Assembly: GCF_001194135.2 (NCBI RefSeq)
Contig: NC_068993.1
Span: 47,774,812-47,838,811 of the forward strand
Reading direction: 5' to 3'
DNA from: Octopus bimaculoides
Taxonomy: Eukaryota
DNA length: 64,000 nucleotides
Made by a program: the position numbers and the translations under genes. The notes beneath the pieces are model-generated. The model made no database searches. It was not told the origin of the DNA and was given only the letters and a program-made list of their open reading frames with translations. Of the stretch, positions 13,439 through 26,208 are shown one piece after another; position 1 is the first letter of the stretch; every line of letters starts with the position of its first letter.

Positions 13439-14433
13439 CACACATACATACATGATACATGCACACACACACGCACACACACAAGAAACTACGTATGTAC
13501 AAGGATGAAAAATAACTCAGAACTGAAAATATTTTAAAGAAATTGAATGTACGAAAGGAACGAACAAAAGTGGAAGCTTAAAAATATTGCAACGAAATTG
13601 AAAATTTTAAATAATATTTCTGCTTCGGTGGGTCTGGACGGAAGTGAAAATTAGAGAAATTGAATATCATTTTGATAGTGTTATAAAATTCGGAGGGTCA
13701 TTTTCTTTTCCTTATGTGTCTGTGTAACTGAGATGATAGTCAATGCTTTTTGTTGAGTCATGTTTCGTCCATTTTGGAAAACAGGAGGATTGTCGAGGGA
13801 ATTGCTGCTGAAGAGAAGAGTGTTGGACGATGGATATTCTACGTATCAACAGTCCAAGGGTGTTCAATTTCCAGAGCTTCGTCGCATATTGTTAAATTTC
13901 CAGAGTGTCGACGCATATTTTTTTGCATATGGGAGATATATTTTCATTTTTTAGTTGAAGGAATGTGGGACTCAAGAAAAAAATTATGCTATATACTTCT
14001 CATTATTTCCGTCCAGAGACACTGCTTCTTACTATTTGAGGATTACTAGGAAAGCAAAAGCATATCCTAGCCACTCGTCTCTCCTATATGAGCTCATATT
14101 TCTCTATACCTAAATGTTAGGTATAGAGAAATATGAAAGTAATGCAGCTTCTTAATGTTTTTCCTTATATATATATATTTTTTTGGATTGTGCACCTTTG
14201 GATTTTTTGAATACAGCTCATCATCGTTTAATTAGTATATCTATTTTAGTATATGTTCTAATTATTTTAATTACTCCTAGATGGCAACAAACTCCATCCA
14301 ACTGTGGTACATACATACATACATACATACGTACAAACGGAAAATAAGTAGCTACTGTAGGTTACTTCCTTTAGCGACATGTTTATCTCTGTGTATATAT
14401 ACTCAAAAGCATAGAAACAAACACACACAAACA

Positions 14434-14496
<63 letters not shown>

Positions 14497-14675
14497 TCAT
14501 ACGCACATAAACGTATATATACACATTCACACACGTTAACTGTACGTATTATCACACTCACATTATACTCCAGCATCTCACAAACGTCACTTTCTAAACT
14601 GACCAATGTATGATCATTTGCCTGGCAACTCACCCTTTTAAAAATAGTAGCCAACTGTTCTACAGAGTTTTATCT

Positions 14676-14736
14676 GCTCTATTAGGTAGCCTTAGGTAGC
14701 TCTATTAGGTAGCTTTGGGTAGCTCTATTAGGTAGC
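14676..14736. repeat. Short tandem repeat of (C)TCTATTAGGTAGC-like units
   Basis: TCTATTAGGTAGC occurs three times, interspersed with TTAGGTAGC and TTGGGTAGC. Confidence 0.8.
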
Positions 14737-16754
14737 ATTATTATCCAGAGTACAGCATGTTTAGAACACTTTCAGCGTTGGAATTTCTTCCAACATTAAT
14801 CTGCTGCTATATGTCAACACGGCGCTAATTAAAAACAACATAAATAGCAGTAGCAAAAACAACAAGAACTACGTGAAAAGAAGTCGGTATGGTCTTGTCT
14901 ATAACACCTCTCATAAATGCTTGACTTGTCACGTACGGCCTAGGGTTGTAAAGAACAACAACGCTAACTCTACAACAATTACTGATTTCACCAGCTTGAT
15001 GTTGATAACTATGTCTCACGTCACCCATCTCCAATATTCTATCACAAACTCAATATACACACATGCATGAGTACGCTAATCCATATACACTCAAGCATGC
15101 ATATTAATATACATCCATAAGTGGTACCTTAACTCTCTAATACATTTATTGTCTGTTTCAATAGAACGACATCTGTACCACCTCTTTTTCCGTTCTCCCC
15201 GACTCCCAAACAACAACCTATTCATTCTTTCACTATTCCACCATCCTCTTCCTTATTTCTACCCCCTATACTTTGCATTACATTTTCCCCCCATCTCCAT
15301 ACTACCACCACCCATGATTCACTGTTCACTCCTACCCGATGTCACTATTCTTTGGCCAATTGGCTGGCTCGATGCCCGCCTGATTTCCCCTCCATCTAAC
15401 ACAAACATCTTTTCCCACATACTTTTCGTTACGTTTTTACCTCTAACACTGCATTTCACCCACCGAAATACCACCTTCACCTGCCACAACCACATACTCA
15501 ATTCTCATTTTACCCCTACACCCTATTTTCTGTCATTCTTTCCACTTATTCTTCTCCTCTCGTTCGTATCCCTTAACCTTTTCGTTGTGTATCAAAATAT
15601 TCTTGAACAATGTATTCTCTTCTTATTTATTTATTAATTTCATTCTTGTAACATTTCTTTGTATTTTTTCTCCTCTTATTTTACGTCTTTTCTTTCTCAT
15701 TCATTCTTATTTGAATTTCTTGTCCTTTCTTTACAGTTTTTTTTTCTCTTTTCTTCCATTTCATCTTTGTTCCGGAAATTCTGTAGCAAAATGTCGTCTT
15801 CGTCTGCTTCTATATTCCGCTTCTACTGACATAGTTTTGATACAGGCATATTTTTTTTATTTTATTTTCTTCCCTTGCGAACAAATAATCCAGTCTTGCC
15901 ATTGTTATTTCTAAGAATCGCTTGACATCATACCATGACACTTAGTTTCACTACATTGGCCCGTTAAATTCGCCTTTTAATAACGTTACAGAGGTCATAA
16001 AGGAAATTTCCTGCAAAAAATCCTAACCATAACCTGCTATCAACTCACCCTGCCATTACCCAAGCCATCAGTTCAACTAACCCCCATATCAATCCCTGCC
16101 TTCCACACTCCAGTCACCTATTCATCCATCAGTCCATCCATTCATCCAACATTCCGTCTATTCATTTACAGACGTAGAAAACCAATATCACATCCACGCA
16201 GTATAATGCAGCATTTTCTTTATTCCTTTATTCCTTTATTTATTTATTTTCATAATTTTACAGAAAGTACAGACTAATTTTCCAGGAAAATAAAATTCTA
16301 TACACCCACACAACAGCAAGCCCATGCATCTAACATCATACCTAGTCATTTTCATTCGCACGTTTACACACAGACAACCGAAAATTCCGCCGTTGAATAA
16401 TATTTCAAGGGAGATAGAGAAGAAAATTTCGCAGAAACAATCGGACCTACCACACATCGAACCCACATCCATTCGTTCACACATCTATGCATCTATTGAA
16501 AAAAGTCATCTATTCATCCACAGAACCGATACACACACAAACACCCGCAGCAGGAAGGCAAAGACAATCCACGATATGTCAGCCACACCGGTTAAGGTCT
16601 TACATTGATAAATTTAGATAGGCTGTGGTGAGGAGAAGATAATTCTACACAAATCTAAACATATATATATGCATACATGCATGCATTTGTATATATAAAC
16701 ATACACACCATATGCTTATATATGCATATAAGCCTAGTTATGAACACACAGACA

Positions 16755-16810
<56 letters not shown>

Positions 16811-17313
16811 GATGAATATGTGTGTATGCGAGTGTGTGTGTATGTGTGTGTGTGTGTGTCTATGAACGCATGAATGCAGGTATGTATTTATGCGCTCCTC
16901 CATATCCATGTTTTCAATTGCCAAGCGCTCACGCTGTTTCAACTAGATATCCATGCATCTATTTAGCGAGGCATGTATCCTCAAAATATTCATTCATACA
17001 TTCATTCATGCACTAAACACACATACAGGCACTCACACACGAAACACACGTACATATANNNNNNNNNNNNNNNNNNNNNNNNNNNNNNNNNNNNNNNNNN
17101 NNNNNNNNNNNNNNNNNNNNNNNNNNNNNNNNNNNNNNNNNNNNNNNNNNNNNNNNNNNNNNNNNNNNNNNNNNNNNNNNNNNNNNNNNNNNNNNNNNNN
17201 NNNNNNNNNNNNNNNNNNNNNNNNNNNNNNNNNNNNNNNNNNNNNNNNNNNNNNNNNNNNNNNNNNNNNNNNNNNNNNNNNNNNNNNNNNNNNNNNNNNN
17301 NNNNNNNNNNNNN

Positions 17314-17350
<37 letters not shown>

Positions 17351-17882
17351 ATATAAATATATCGATGTATCTGTATGTATGTATGTGTATGTATATGTAG
17401 AGGTGAAGAGAACGCAAGGCAAGAAGTGTCATCCCCTTCGTTTGTTCATATGCCACATATCCCCATCATGTCACATTCATTTCTTTTCAAATGTACTTCC
17501 TATGTTCTCATTCTTTATATTACAATTTCTTTCTTCTATGTCTTTCGTGCATTATATATTGTGTTGTAATGTAATTGTTATTTATGTTGTTGTCTTATGC
17601 ATTTTCGCCAGCCGTAGAGCGAAAAGCTTTCGAACTTCCTACTTATGGATAAGAATACCAATTAGATAAAACTATGGATATTGTGTATTCCTATTATAAA
17701 TCGGGGTACAGAGCACGGAAAAATCGCCCTATTGTCTGGGTTGTTGTTCTGTCTGGTCTTAGAGTTTGGGTGTTATGTATGTATGCTCGTATCCATGTAT
17801 GTATGCATTTATGCATGCATGTATGTATGTGCGTGTGCATGCATGTATGCATGTATGCATATACGTATGAATACATACATAC

Positions 17883-17954
<72 letters not shown>

Positions 17955-18606
17955 AAATAAAATAAAAATTATACGATATAGTTACGTGCAATTTTACAAA
18001 TACAGACAATGATATGTTTATATGTGTATTATACACGCATTATGAATATATATATTATATAAATCCTTGCAAGTATGCATACTCATATATGTATACATAC
18101 ATACACAGACTCACACACAACCATATGCATATAAAGCGAGAGAAAGAGAGAGAGTAAGAGTGACCGAGAGCGAGTTATAGAAAGTCAGATATGATTGTAG
18201 TTAGTTAGGTACATATATACAAAGGAATATATTTTCACAACGACATACATATATGAATGGACTATATATATCCAGTTTCTGTTCATTTTCTTCTGTATAA
18301 ATTGAAGATTGCGAATAACTTTCCACTAGATTGAAAAGATATCATGTAGAACCTATTTAGAAAGCAAATTTTTAAAAATACTCGTTTGGAAACAACGGAA
18401 TTTCCGATTCTGAATATTGTATGGTGTAATACACGTGAAACTGTTCAAATAAAAACAAAAATTATCAAACTTCTCTTACTACTACTACTAATAATAATAT
18501 AATAATAATGATGATAATAATAATTTTGGTAATGCAGTTCTATATTTAAGAGATGAGGAATTATGTATACTATTGACGGATATTTGTCCTCATCTTGTTT
18601 GTTGTT

Positions 18607-18652
18607 ACCACAACGTTTCGGCTGATATACTCTCCATCCCACATCAGGTGTC
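18607..18652 (-). ncRNA. Degenerate minimal type I hammerhead ribozyme motif
   Basis: GACAC CUGAUGU GGGAUG gagaguauau CAGCC GAAAC GUU GUGGU: core CUGAUG(A>U) ... GAAAC, palindromic AACGUU stem III, partial stem I. Probably inactive in this copy. Confidence 0.6.
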
Positions 18653-18758
18653 TTGGGGAAATTTTGAACCTGGTTTCTCATTCCTAAGATATTATTATTA
18701 TTATTATTATCATCATTATTAATATTATTATTATTATTATTATTAATATTATTATTAT

Positions 18759-18838
18759 TCAGGTCACTGTCTGGAATCGAACTCGGTATCTTGGGGTTTG
18801 CAGCCCGCCCTCTTAACCACTACGCCATATGCCCGTGG
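18759..18838 (-). other. tRNA-like Pol III internal promoter segment inside the Penelope-like tail
   Basis: CCACGGGCATA TGGCGTAGTGG TTAAGAGGGCGGGCTGCAAACCCCAAGATACCGA GTTCGATTCC AGACAGTGAC: consensus A and B boxes. The anticodon arm pairs poorly, so it is not a functional tRNA. Confidence 0.7.
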
Positions 18839-19183
18839 ACAATTATGGAGTGAATTTTAGGACTAAGAAATGTAATATGCTGCTATCCTTCCTTAATACC
18901 TGTTCCCATATGCTGTTCATATCTGCACTCGGTCTGCTTAGGAAGTTGTTGTGTCCTAGCATATGTGCTTTTAGTTTTCGTATTTTACAGTGGGGTTATC
19001 TGTCTATTATTGTAACTTCATCCCAACGAGGAATGTGGTGTCCATTTTTCTAGACATGATTAGCTATATCCGATTTATCAATATCTCCCCGTGCCAGAGC
19101 TTTGCGATGTTCGTCTACCCTTATTTCGAGGGGGCCGCATCTTTCGCCTTTGTATAACCTGCCACACCTGCAAATATCTCCTA

Positions 19184-19258
19184 GTAAAACCACCAGTAGA
19201 AGAGAATATGACTAAGAACTGCGTGTACTCCTTCCCATGAGGAGGAAACAAATACTGA
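19184..19258 (+). mobile_element. Inverted N-terminal piece of the same GIY-YIG domain
   Basis: Plus strand VKPPVEENMTKNCVYSFP*GGNKY supplies the VY.IPC half that normally precedes C.CG..Y, here on the opposite strand. Confidence 0.6.
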
Positions 19259-19642
19259 ATAAACCGAATAAGATTAATAATAACACAGAGTGCAATAGCT
19301 GCAACGTCTTATTCAGCCACCAAAATCTCCGAAAAATAAGACGATAATATTTCAACATTCTCTTGTCGCTGCCATATAATTATCGCAAATCACTGTTGTA
19401 AAGTGGAGTCCTTTTTAGTTATTTACGCAAATGAAAATTTAACGGGATATCTCTGAGGGAATTTGGAGAAAAGTATAAAGTGGTAAAGCATAATTTTATG
19501 TTCAGAAAACATCACTGATTGTATACTTGCTTCTGAGACTAGAGTGCTGCTTTTGTACACTGGAGTAAATTCATAATAATTTTATTTAGATATATCCTAT
19601 CATATCCATCTTTATCTCTCTTCCTCTCTCCCCCCCCCCTCG

Positions 19643-19692
<50 letters not shown>

Positions 19693-19714
19693 GAGAATAT
19701 ACGAAAAAACAACA

Positions 19715-19880
19715 ACAGACGAGGACAGGTGGTGTAAATAACAAAAGGATGTATTAGTATGACGCTCGGGAATACGGAAAGTCTTTGACGTTTCGAGCTA
19801 CGCTCTTCAACAGAAAGAATACGGAGACAAGGAGAAAAACACGGAGAAAAAAATTGAATAGTGTCCAGTCAACGGTCAAA
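19715..19880 (-). mobile_element. Non-coding repeat carrying a hammerhead motif (probable Penelope-type terminal repeat)
   Basis: Contains the motif at 19782-19818. Its end (GGAGAAAAAAATTGAATAGTGTCCAGTCAACGGTCA) recurs at 51392-51428. Confidence 0.65.
19782..19818 (-). ncRNA. Minimal type I hammerhead-like motif with CUGUUGA core
   Basis: UCUUU CUGUUGA A GAGC gua GCUC GAAAC GUC AAAGA: perfect 5-bp stem I, 4-bp stem II, palindromic ACGU stem III, GUC cleavage triplet. Confidence 0.65.
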
Positions 19881-20607
19881 AGCGGACCTTATCTCTTGGT
19901 TCCATTCTCATAATTCTTTCGCTAATCCAATAACAGCAACGCAAACTATGTAGCATTTAAAACGGTTTTTGTGCATTTACAGAGAATATCGAAATGTCTT
20001 ATACAGGATCTTGTTTTTAGGAATTCCCAATAAGTTATGAATACCCAAATTGCGAAATCGGTTATACAATAACATGAAATTAGTTAGCCGATAGTAAGAA
20101 TTCAAATTATGTAGCACCGAAAAAGGCATTAATGCATTCCCAGAGTATACAGAACTTAGGAGGAAATACTAATAAGGTATGTATACTAAAATCGTGAAGC
20201 ATGTTATGTAATAAGAGGCTAATCAGATATGAGATAATAACAATTCAAAGTAAATGACTCTGAAAAGGGCGTGTGTGTGTTTCCAGAGAATATTACCCTC
20301 AGCGGCACTAGTGTTGGTATATTTATGAATAAGTCACTAACCGAAATAAGTGGATCTATAGTTTAGGAAAATACTATTTACTTGTTTAAGGGCTGTACTG
20401 GATAAATTTCAGAAATATCTCTAACAGAAATAAGCATACTCAATTTCATTTTTACTAAATAATTTAGGAATATGATTGGACTATTTCACAAGGCTAAATA
20501 ATTCTATGATAATATTTGAATTTAGTGATGTCAATTATTAACTTATCCACAAATCAATTTTCATCACTTCTTTGCTAATATGTAGCAAATGTGCCTGTGT
20601 GTGTATG

Positions 20608-21030
20608 TCATGTTACGTATTGCGTGCCTAGCTCCAATCTATTATTTATTTGTGGGTTTAATTTATAGATAATCAAAGATATCTTAATGCTTAAGTTACC
20701 GAGATTTCTATCATTGGCTTCAATGGTAACTTTAATTTGTTTGTTGGTATTTCTACATTTATCAATGTGTTTTTTAAATGTGGATGCGCGTGTGTTGAGA
20801 TGTTCCTTAATGCGAATATGCAAAGTTCGAGTTGTGCTGCCTATACCATACATATATACATACATACATACATATATACATACATACATATATACATACA
20901 TACATATATACATACATACATACATACTGAGTCTTGTTAAGTCGTCGTTCGTAAATGTTTACCGCGTTTATTTTTCTGTAAGCCGTTGGTATTAACCTCA
21001 TTGACCGATTTGCATTTCTCAACAGTTTTC
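20608..21030 (-). mobile_element. Penelope-like GIY-YIG endonuclease remnant split by a (TACA)n microsatellite
   Basis: NAVNIYERRLNKTQY-[microsatellite, about 20829-20928]-IGSTTRTLHIRIKEHLNTRASTFKKHIDKC...NLSIKISLIIYKLNPQINNRLEL matches the YIG.T.R.L..R..EH ... I...P.IN pattern. Confidence 0.8.
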
Positions 21031-21071
21031 TGGTAGTGACGCCGAAAATAATACTAATGGTGTCTGAAGTG

Positions 21072-21230
21072 TTTTAGTGTTACTCTTGCAGTTGTAACAT
21101 ATAGAATATATGTATAGGTCCACTTGTCAATACTACATGTTACGATAATTTTAGTGTTACACGCGTAGTTGTAACATATAGAATATATGTATATATTCAT
21201 TAGACAATACTGCATGTTACGATGAATTTA
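21072..21230. repeat. Tandem duplication, period about 77 bp
   Basis: TTTTAGTGTTAC...GTTGTAACATATAGAATATATGTATA...CAATACT.CATGTTACGAT starts at 21072 and again at 21149. Confidence 0.85.
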
Positions 21231-21703
21231 AATACGTCTCCACCATTGTAAGGAGTTAAAAGGAAGTGGCTGAATAGCTGTTTGTACCATTCGTATGTAT
21301 ATAAATTTAATCGTGAATTTATTACTACGGCTCGTGAATCATAAATATAGCATACTGTATTCAATGACGATCGTCAAACATGTCTAAAACTCAGGTAAGG
21401 ACTCGTTCAATACAATACCAAATGGAAAGTTCTGTTAGTATTGAAATTACACATCAACGAGTCATGAAAATGAGAAAATGATCGTCTGGACGGGGGCGCA
21501 TGATATTCTCAAAAATGGAATCTGCCGTAAGATAAAAGAATAACAAAATTCCTGGTATGAAATTACACACGCTCAAAGATATATATTGTAGCCCACTGGA
21601 AAATTTAAACATCAAATGACTAATTTCCCCATATCCTATAATATTTATCATCTTAACTCTTTTTCACTCATTCTTTGTTGGAAGGCAACTAAGTTGCCAT
21701 TGA

Positions 21704-21752
<49 letters not shown>

Positions 21753-22311
21753 TCTGTGTGTGTGTGTTGTGTGTGTGTGTGTGAGTGTTATGTTTGAATA
21801 CATTGGCGGCAACTCCATCTTTGAAGAAGGTCACTTGAGAAATGTCATCAATTGTACGATGTTGATATTGACTATCTGATNNNNNNNNNNNNNNNNNNNN
21901 NNNNNNNNNNNNNNNNNNNNNNNNNNNNNNNNNNNNNNNNNNNNNNNNNNNNNNNNNNNNNNNNNNNNNNNNNNNNNNNNNNNNNNNNNNNTATATATAT
22001 ATATATATATATATGCATACACACACACGTACACAAACACATACACATATGCATGCATACATATCCATATTTTTGTAGGTATGTTTATATGTATATTTGT
22101 ATGTATTTCTCATAATACGGAAATCGAAAATGATGTGTCCTTTGGCGGGTTTCAGCCAAGAAGCGCAATATATGTACGACTTACACTTTACAATTAAATG
22201 TAACATAAAATAGATTAACGCCATTGAAAATATATGAGCATATATTTAATGAAACGTAGATACACATACAAAAAATGCATAGTGTGCTTGTTGTTGTTGT
22301 GGTGGTGGTAG

Positions 22312-22354
<43 letters not shown>

Positions 22355-23782
22355 TGTGTACTTATAGCAAAGTGTATGCGTACGTGTTTCTAGTAAGCTG
22401 GAAGTAGATTTGGAACTCAAGCAAAATTCTCTTCATTGTTATTTAGAATAAAAGTGATTTCAATTGTACTAACTAAACACATCACCCATGGGTTGAGACA
22501 TCTGTGACTCATAGTGGAAATATTGAACTAGATATCTAATGAAATTTATTCTTTCCTTTATATACATACACAATTTGTAACAATGTGCTTCAGCATATTT
22601 AGGTTTCATCTATGCCTTTATCAATAAATTGTATATATTTCACAAATACAAAATGTGTATAATTTTAATCAAATTTACCAAAGGGCTCGCTAGACAAGTA
22701 AATTAAAATAATATAGATTGAAATATCAATCAAATAGCTTGTATTTAGCCTGTGGGCGATTTAGATTTGTATTATGTTTTAAATAACCATCCTGCTATCA
22801 GAAACATGCCTGTGTTTCCGGAACAAATAAGGCATTGATTTTGATATCGTTCAATATATTTGTGATTATTATGTTTACTTATACTACTCCCCTATTAGAC
22901 ATTTCGTCGCTACTTTCTATTCCTTATGTTACTGCATGATGATTCTTTGTGTTCCGCGTGGAAAATAAATCGAATGAAGCTTGATTGCTTTTCTTGCCGT
23001 GTTGACGCTACGTGTTGGTGACGTTGTAGCGTAGCAAGTGTTATCAACATTTCCATAACATCCTCAGATATCTAAGTGGAAAGTTGTCTGGAGAAACGTT
23101 GTATCAACGATTTGTGGACTGTCTCCACGCAGGCTTCAATGAGCATGCGTATCTCACGGTTACAAGTCATTTGCACAAGTTCATCGCTTGATTCTACCCA
23201 TGAACATGAGTAGTAAGATGTAATTTACGGATCGTTAGGAGCTAACGATCTCATATACAGACGTAGTATCGATAGATAACTCTGGTAGCAGCTGTTCAGA
23301 AAGCTTACCACCTATGCCTCCATACTCTCGTGGAACATTTATTGGTTGTATTGCCTTCCTGGGCTACGGCCAGTCATACTATGCAACATATAACAAACGC
23401 TAACATTCAAGCAACGCTTTGTTTGAAGCTTTTTCAGACATACACACATACATACATACACACACGCATACATGCATGCATACATATATACATATAAACA
23501 TACATACATACATGCATACATGCATACATGCATACATACATACATACATACATACATACATACATGCATACATACGTATAAGTGATATGCAGTTTTTACA
23601 CGTTCACCTTAATGCTGTCAAACAACTCACTCGGAGTATCGATGGAATAATTGGTTAATTTCTAACGTGGAAATACAATCTTTTTCAGTAGTGAGTGGAT
23701 TATATTTTACCTCCTTTGTTGTATATGCAAATGTATTGATGTATAAATGGTGAGATAGACAGAAAGGCAGACGAGCAAACAG

Positions 23783-24220
<438 letters not shown>

Positions 24221-25477
24221 ATCGATAGTTGTTTTAGAGGGAAAGAGTGAAGGCATATTAAACGGAGAGAAATATGATCATATGTAATATATTCCATCTT
24301 AGCAATAGCTCATTCGAAGTGAATAGTGAAACGAGAAGCAAATGATAGTTTCTCTGCTAGCGTGTACTGCAGAAAATTGTCGGCTATCTCATATTAGAAG
24401 AAAACAAAAGCTGAACGACTATTTACTGCAGAATACGTCGGTGAAAGTGAGTGAGGTAAAAAGTCCAGATCATAAGTGCATTCAATCAGGAAATGGCACA
24501 CTTGGCTGGCTTCAATCCATTTTCTTTTCATAATTGTACATCGCTGACATCTTTGAGGTGGTAATGGTGGTAATTCTGTTGAAGAGGGTGGTTGTAGTGG
24601 AATGTAATGGAGGTGGGGGTATATATATATTGTGGTGATGGTGCTGTTGGTGTTGGCGTTCATGGAGAATGGTAGTTAATATGTGAGTGTCCGTTATTAC
24701 TCCTTCTTTAGTTTTGCAAGCAACCTGTCATATCATTTTCTTGGTATCTCCCAGTAATGTTAATAGAGAGATATAATGCACGTAGTTGTTCTTGAAGTCA
24801 AACGCATAAAATAAAACAACAGGAGTAAAAGCATCCACAAGCAAACACCAATGACAATAGCCACAAAATCAACAACAACAACAATCATGTTGGAAAGCTA
24901 TGCCAAATATATGCAATCACGTATATACACACACACGAGTGTGTGTTTGTGTGTGTGCTTGTGTGTATGTGTGAAGTAGCAGAGAAAAACACTAACATAT
25001 GCAGCGTCTACAGATACTAAAGTTAACGACAATCAAATAACATCTGCAACACAAATGTACATTTAGAATCCAGCAATAAATAAATAAGTATAGAGTATAA
25101 CAAAAGTATAACAAGTTTAAAGAAGAAGAACTGTAATTACTAGTCAATACACAGACTATTTAGTGTATCTACGCAGCATATCTACGTAGTATCTAAGTAG
25201 TGATACGGCCTGGTAAAAATTGCAGCTATATGAATTCCGAAATAGATTGGATAGCCACGGCTGGAATGATGGGATGTGCTTGCTCATATGGTTGCTGAAG
25301 TAAGAATATTATCTGGAGGATTTTGTCTACAACAACAATGACAATCATAATAGAATTTCGACATTCGCGGGATGAGAGGAGAAACAACTGAGAGAAAAAT
25401 AATCAACAAAAAAAACACTGTTTGGCATCAAAAGTAGAAGTTTGAAGAAATTTGAAAGAAAGAGAGAAAGAAAGGAA

Positions 25478-25590
25478 AGAAGAAGAAGGAGAAGAAGAAG
25501 AAGAAGAAGAAGAAGAAGAAGAAGAAGAAGAAGAAGAAGAAGAAGAAGAAGAAGAAGAAGAAGAAGAAGAAGAAGAAGAAGAAGAAGAAT
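25478..25590. repeat. (GAA)n microsatellite
   Basis: Near-pure AGA run. Confidence 0.95.
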
Positions 25591-26157
25591 GACGACAATA
25601 ACAAGAATAAGCTCAAGAGTAAAATAATCAACAACAAAAATGCGATGGACAGAGCGGCAAATAAAACACCAGAGTCAAAAGAGAACGATTGCCCCTTGAA
25701 CAACAAGGAGGATAAAAACAATTATCATCTTCGTCAAGAACAACAGCAACTCCAATAACAACAAGAAAACCAACAACGATGATTGCAACCGCAGTACGAA
25801 AAACCACCTCAATCAAGCGTCGTAATTATCAACGACATTGACTTGCCAATAATCTTGAACAATAATTAGAACAAACCCAAAACAACAACAACAACAACAA
25901 CATCAAAATTAACATGAAAGAAAACTGCCACTAAGAAGAAGAAACGGTGACAGTAGCAACAACAACAAGGTATTCTAATATTCCAGAGTACCAATTATCT
26001 GAGAATATATTTCAAAGTAACCTGCAGAACGTTCGCCAAAAGATTCTTTAAAAAGAATAAAAGAAATATTAGATCGCATCTATACAAACACACATTTCGA
26101 CACAGGCATGGAGCGTATCGGTATACAGAAAGACACACGCATGCACAAACATACTTG

Positions 26158-26208
<51 letters not shown>

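Larger units (their letters stand above)
18569..19172 (-). mobile_element. Penelope-like element 3' end: GIY-YIG endonuclease C-terminus, tRNA-like segment, (AAT)n and hammerhead-containing tail
   Basis: Minus strand from 19172 reads CRCGRLYKGERCGPLEIRVDEHRKALARGDIDKSDIANHV*KNGHHIPRWDEVTIIDR*PHCKIRKLKAHMLGHNNFLSRPSADMNSIWEQVLRKDS, matching the PLE GIY-YIG pattern (C.CG..Y.GET.R.L..R..EH). Confidence 0.8.
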
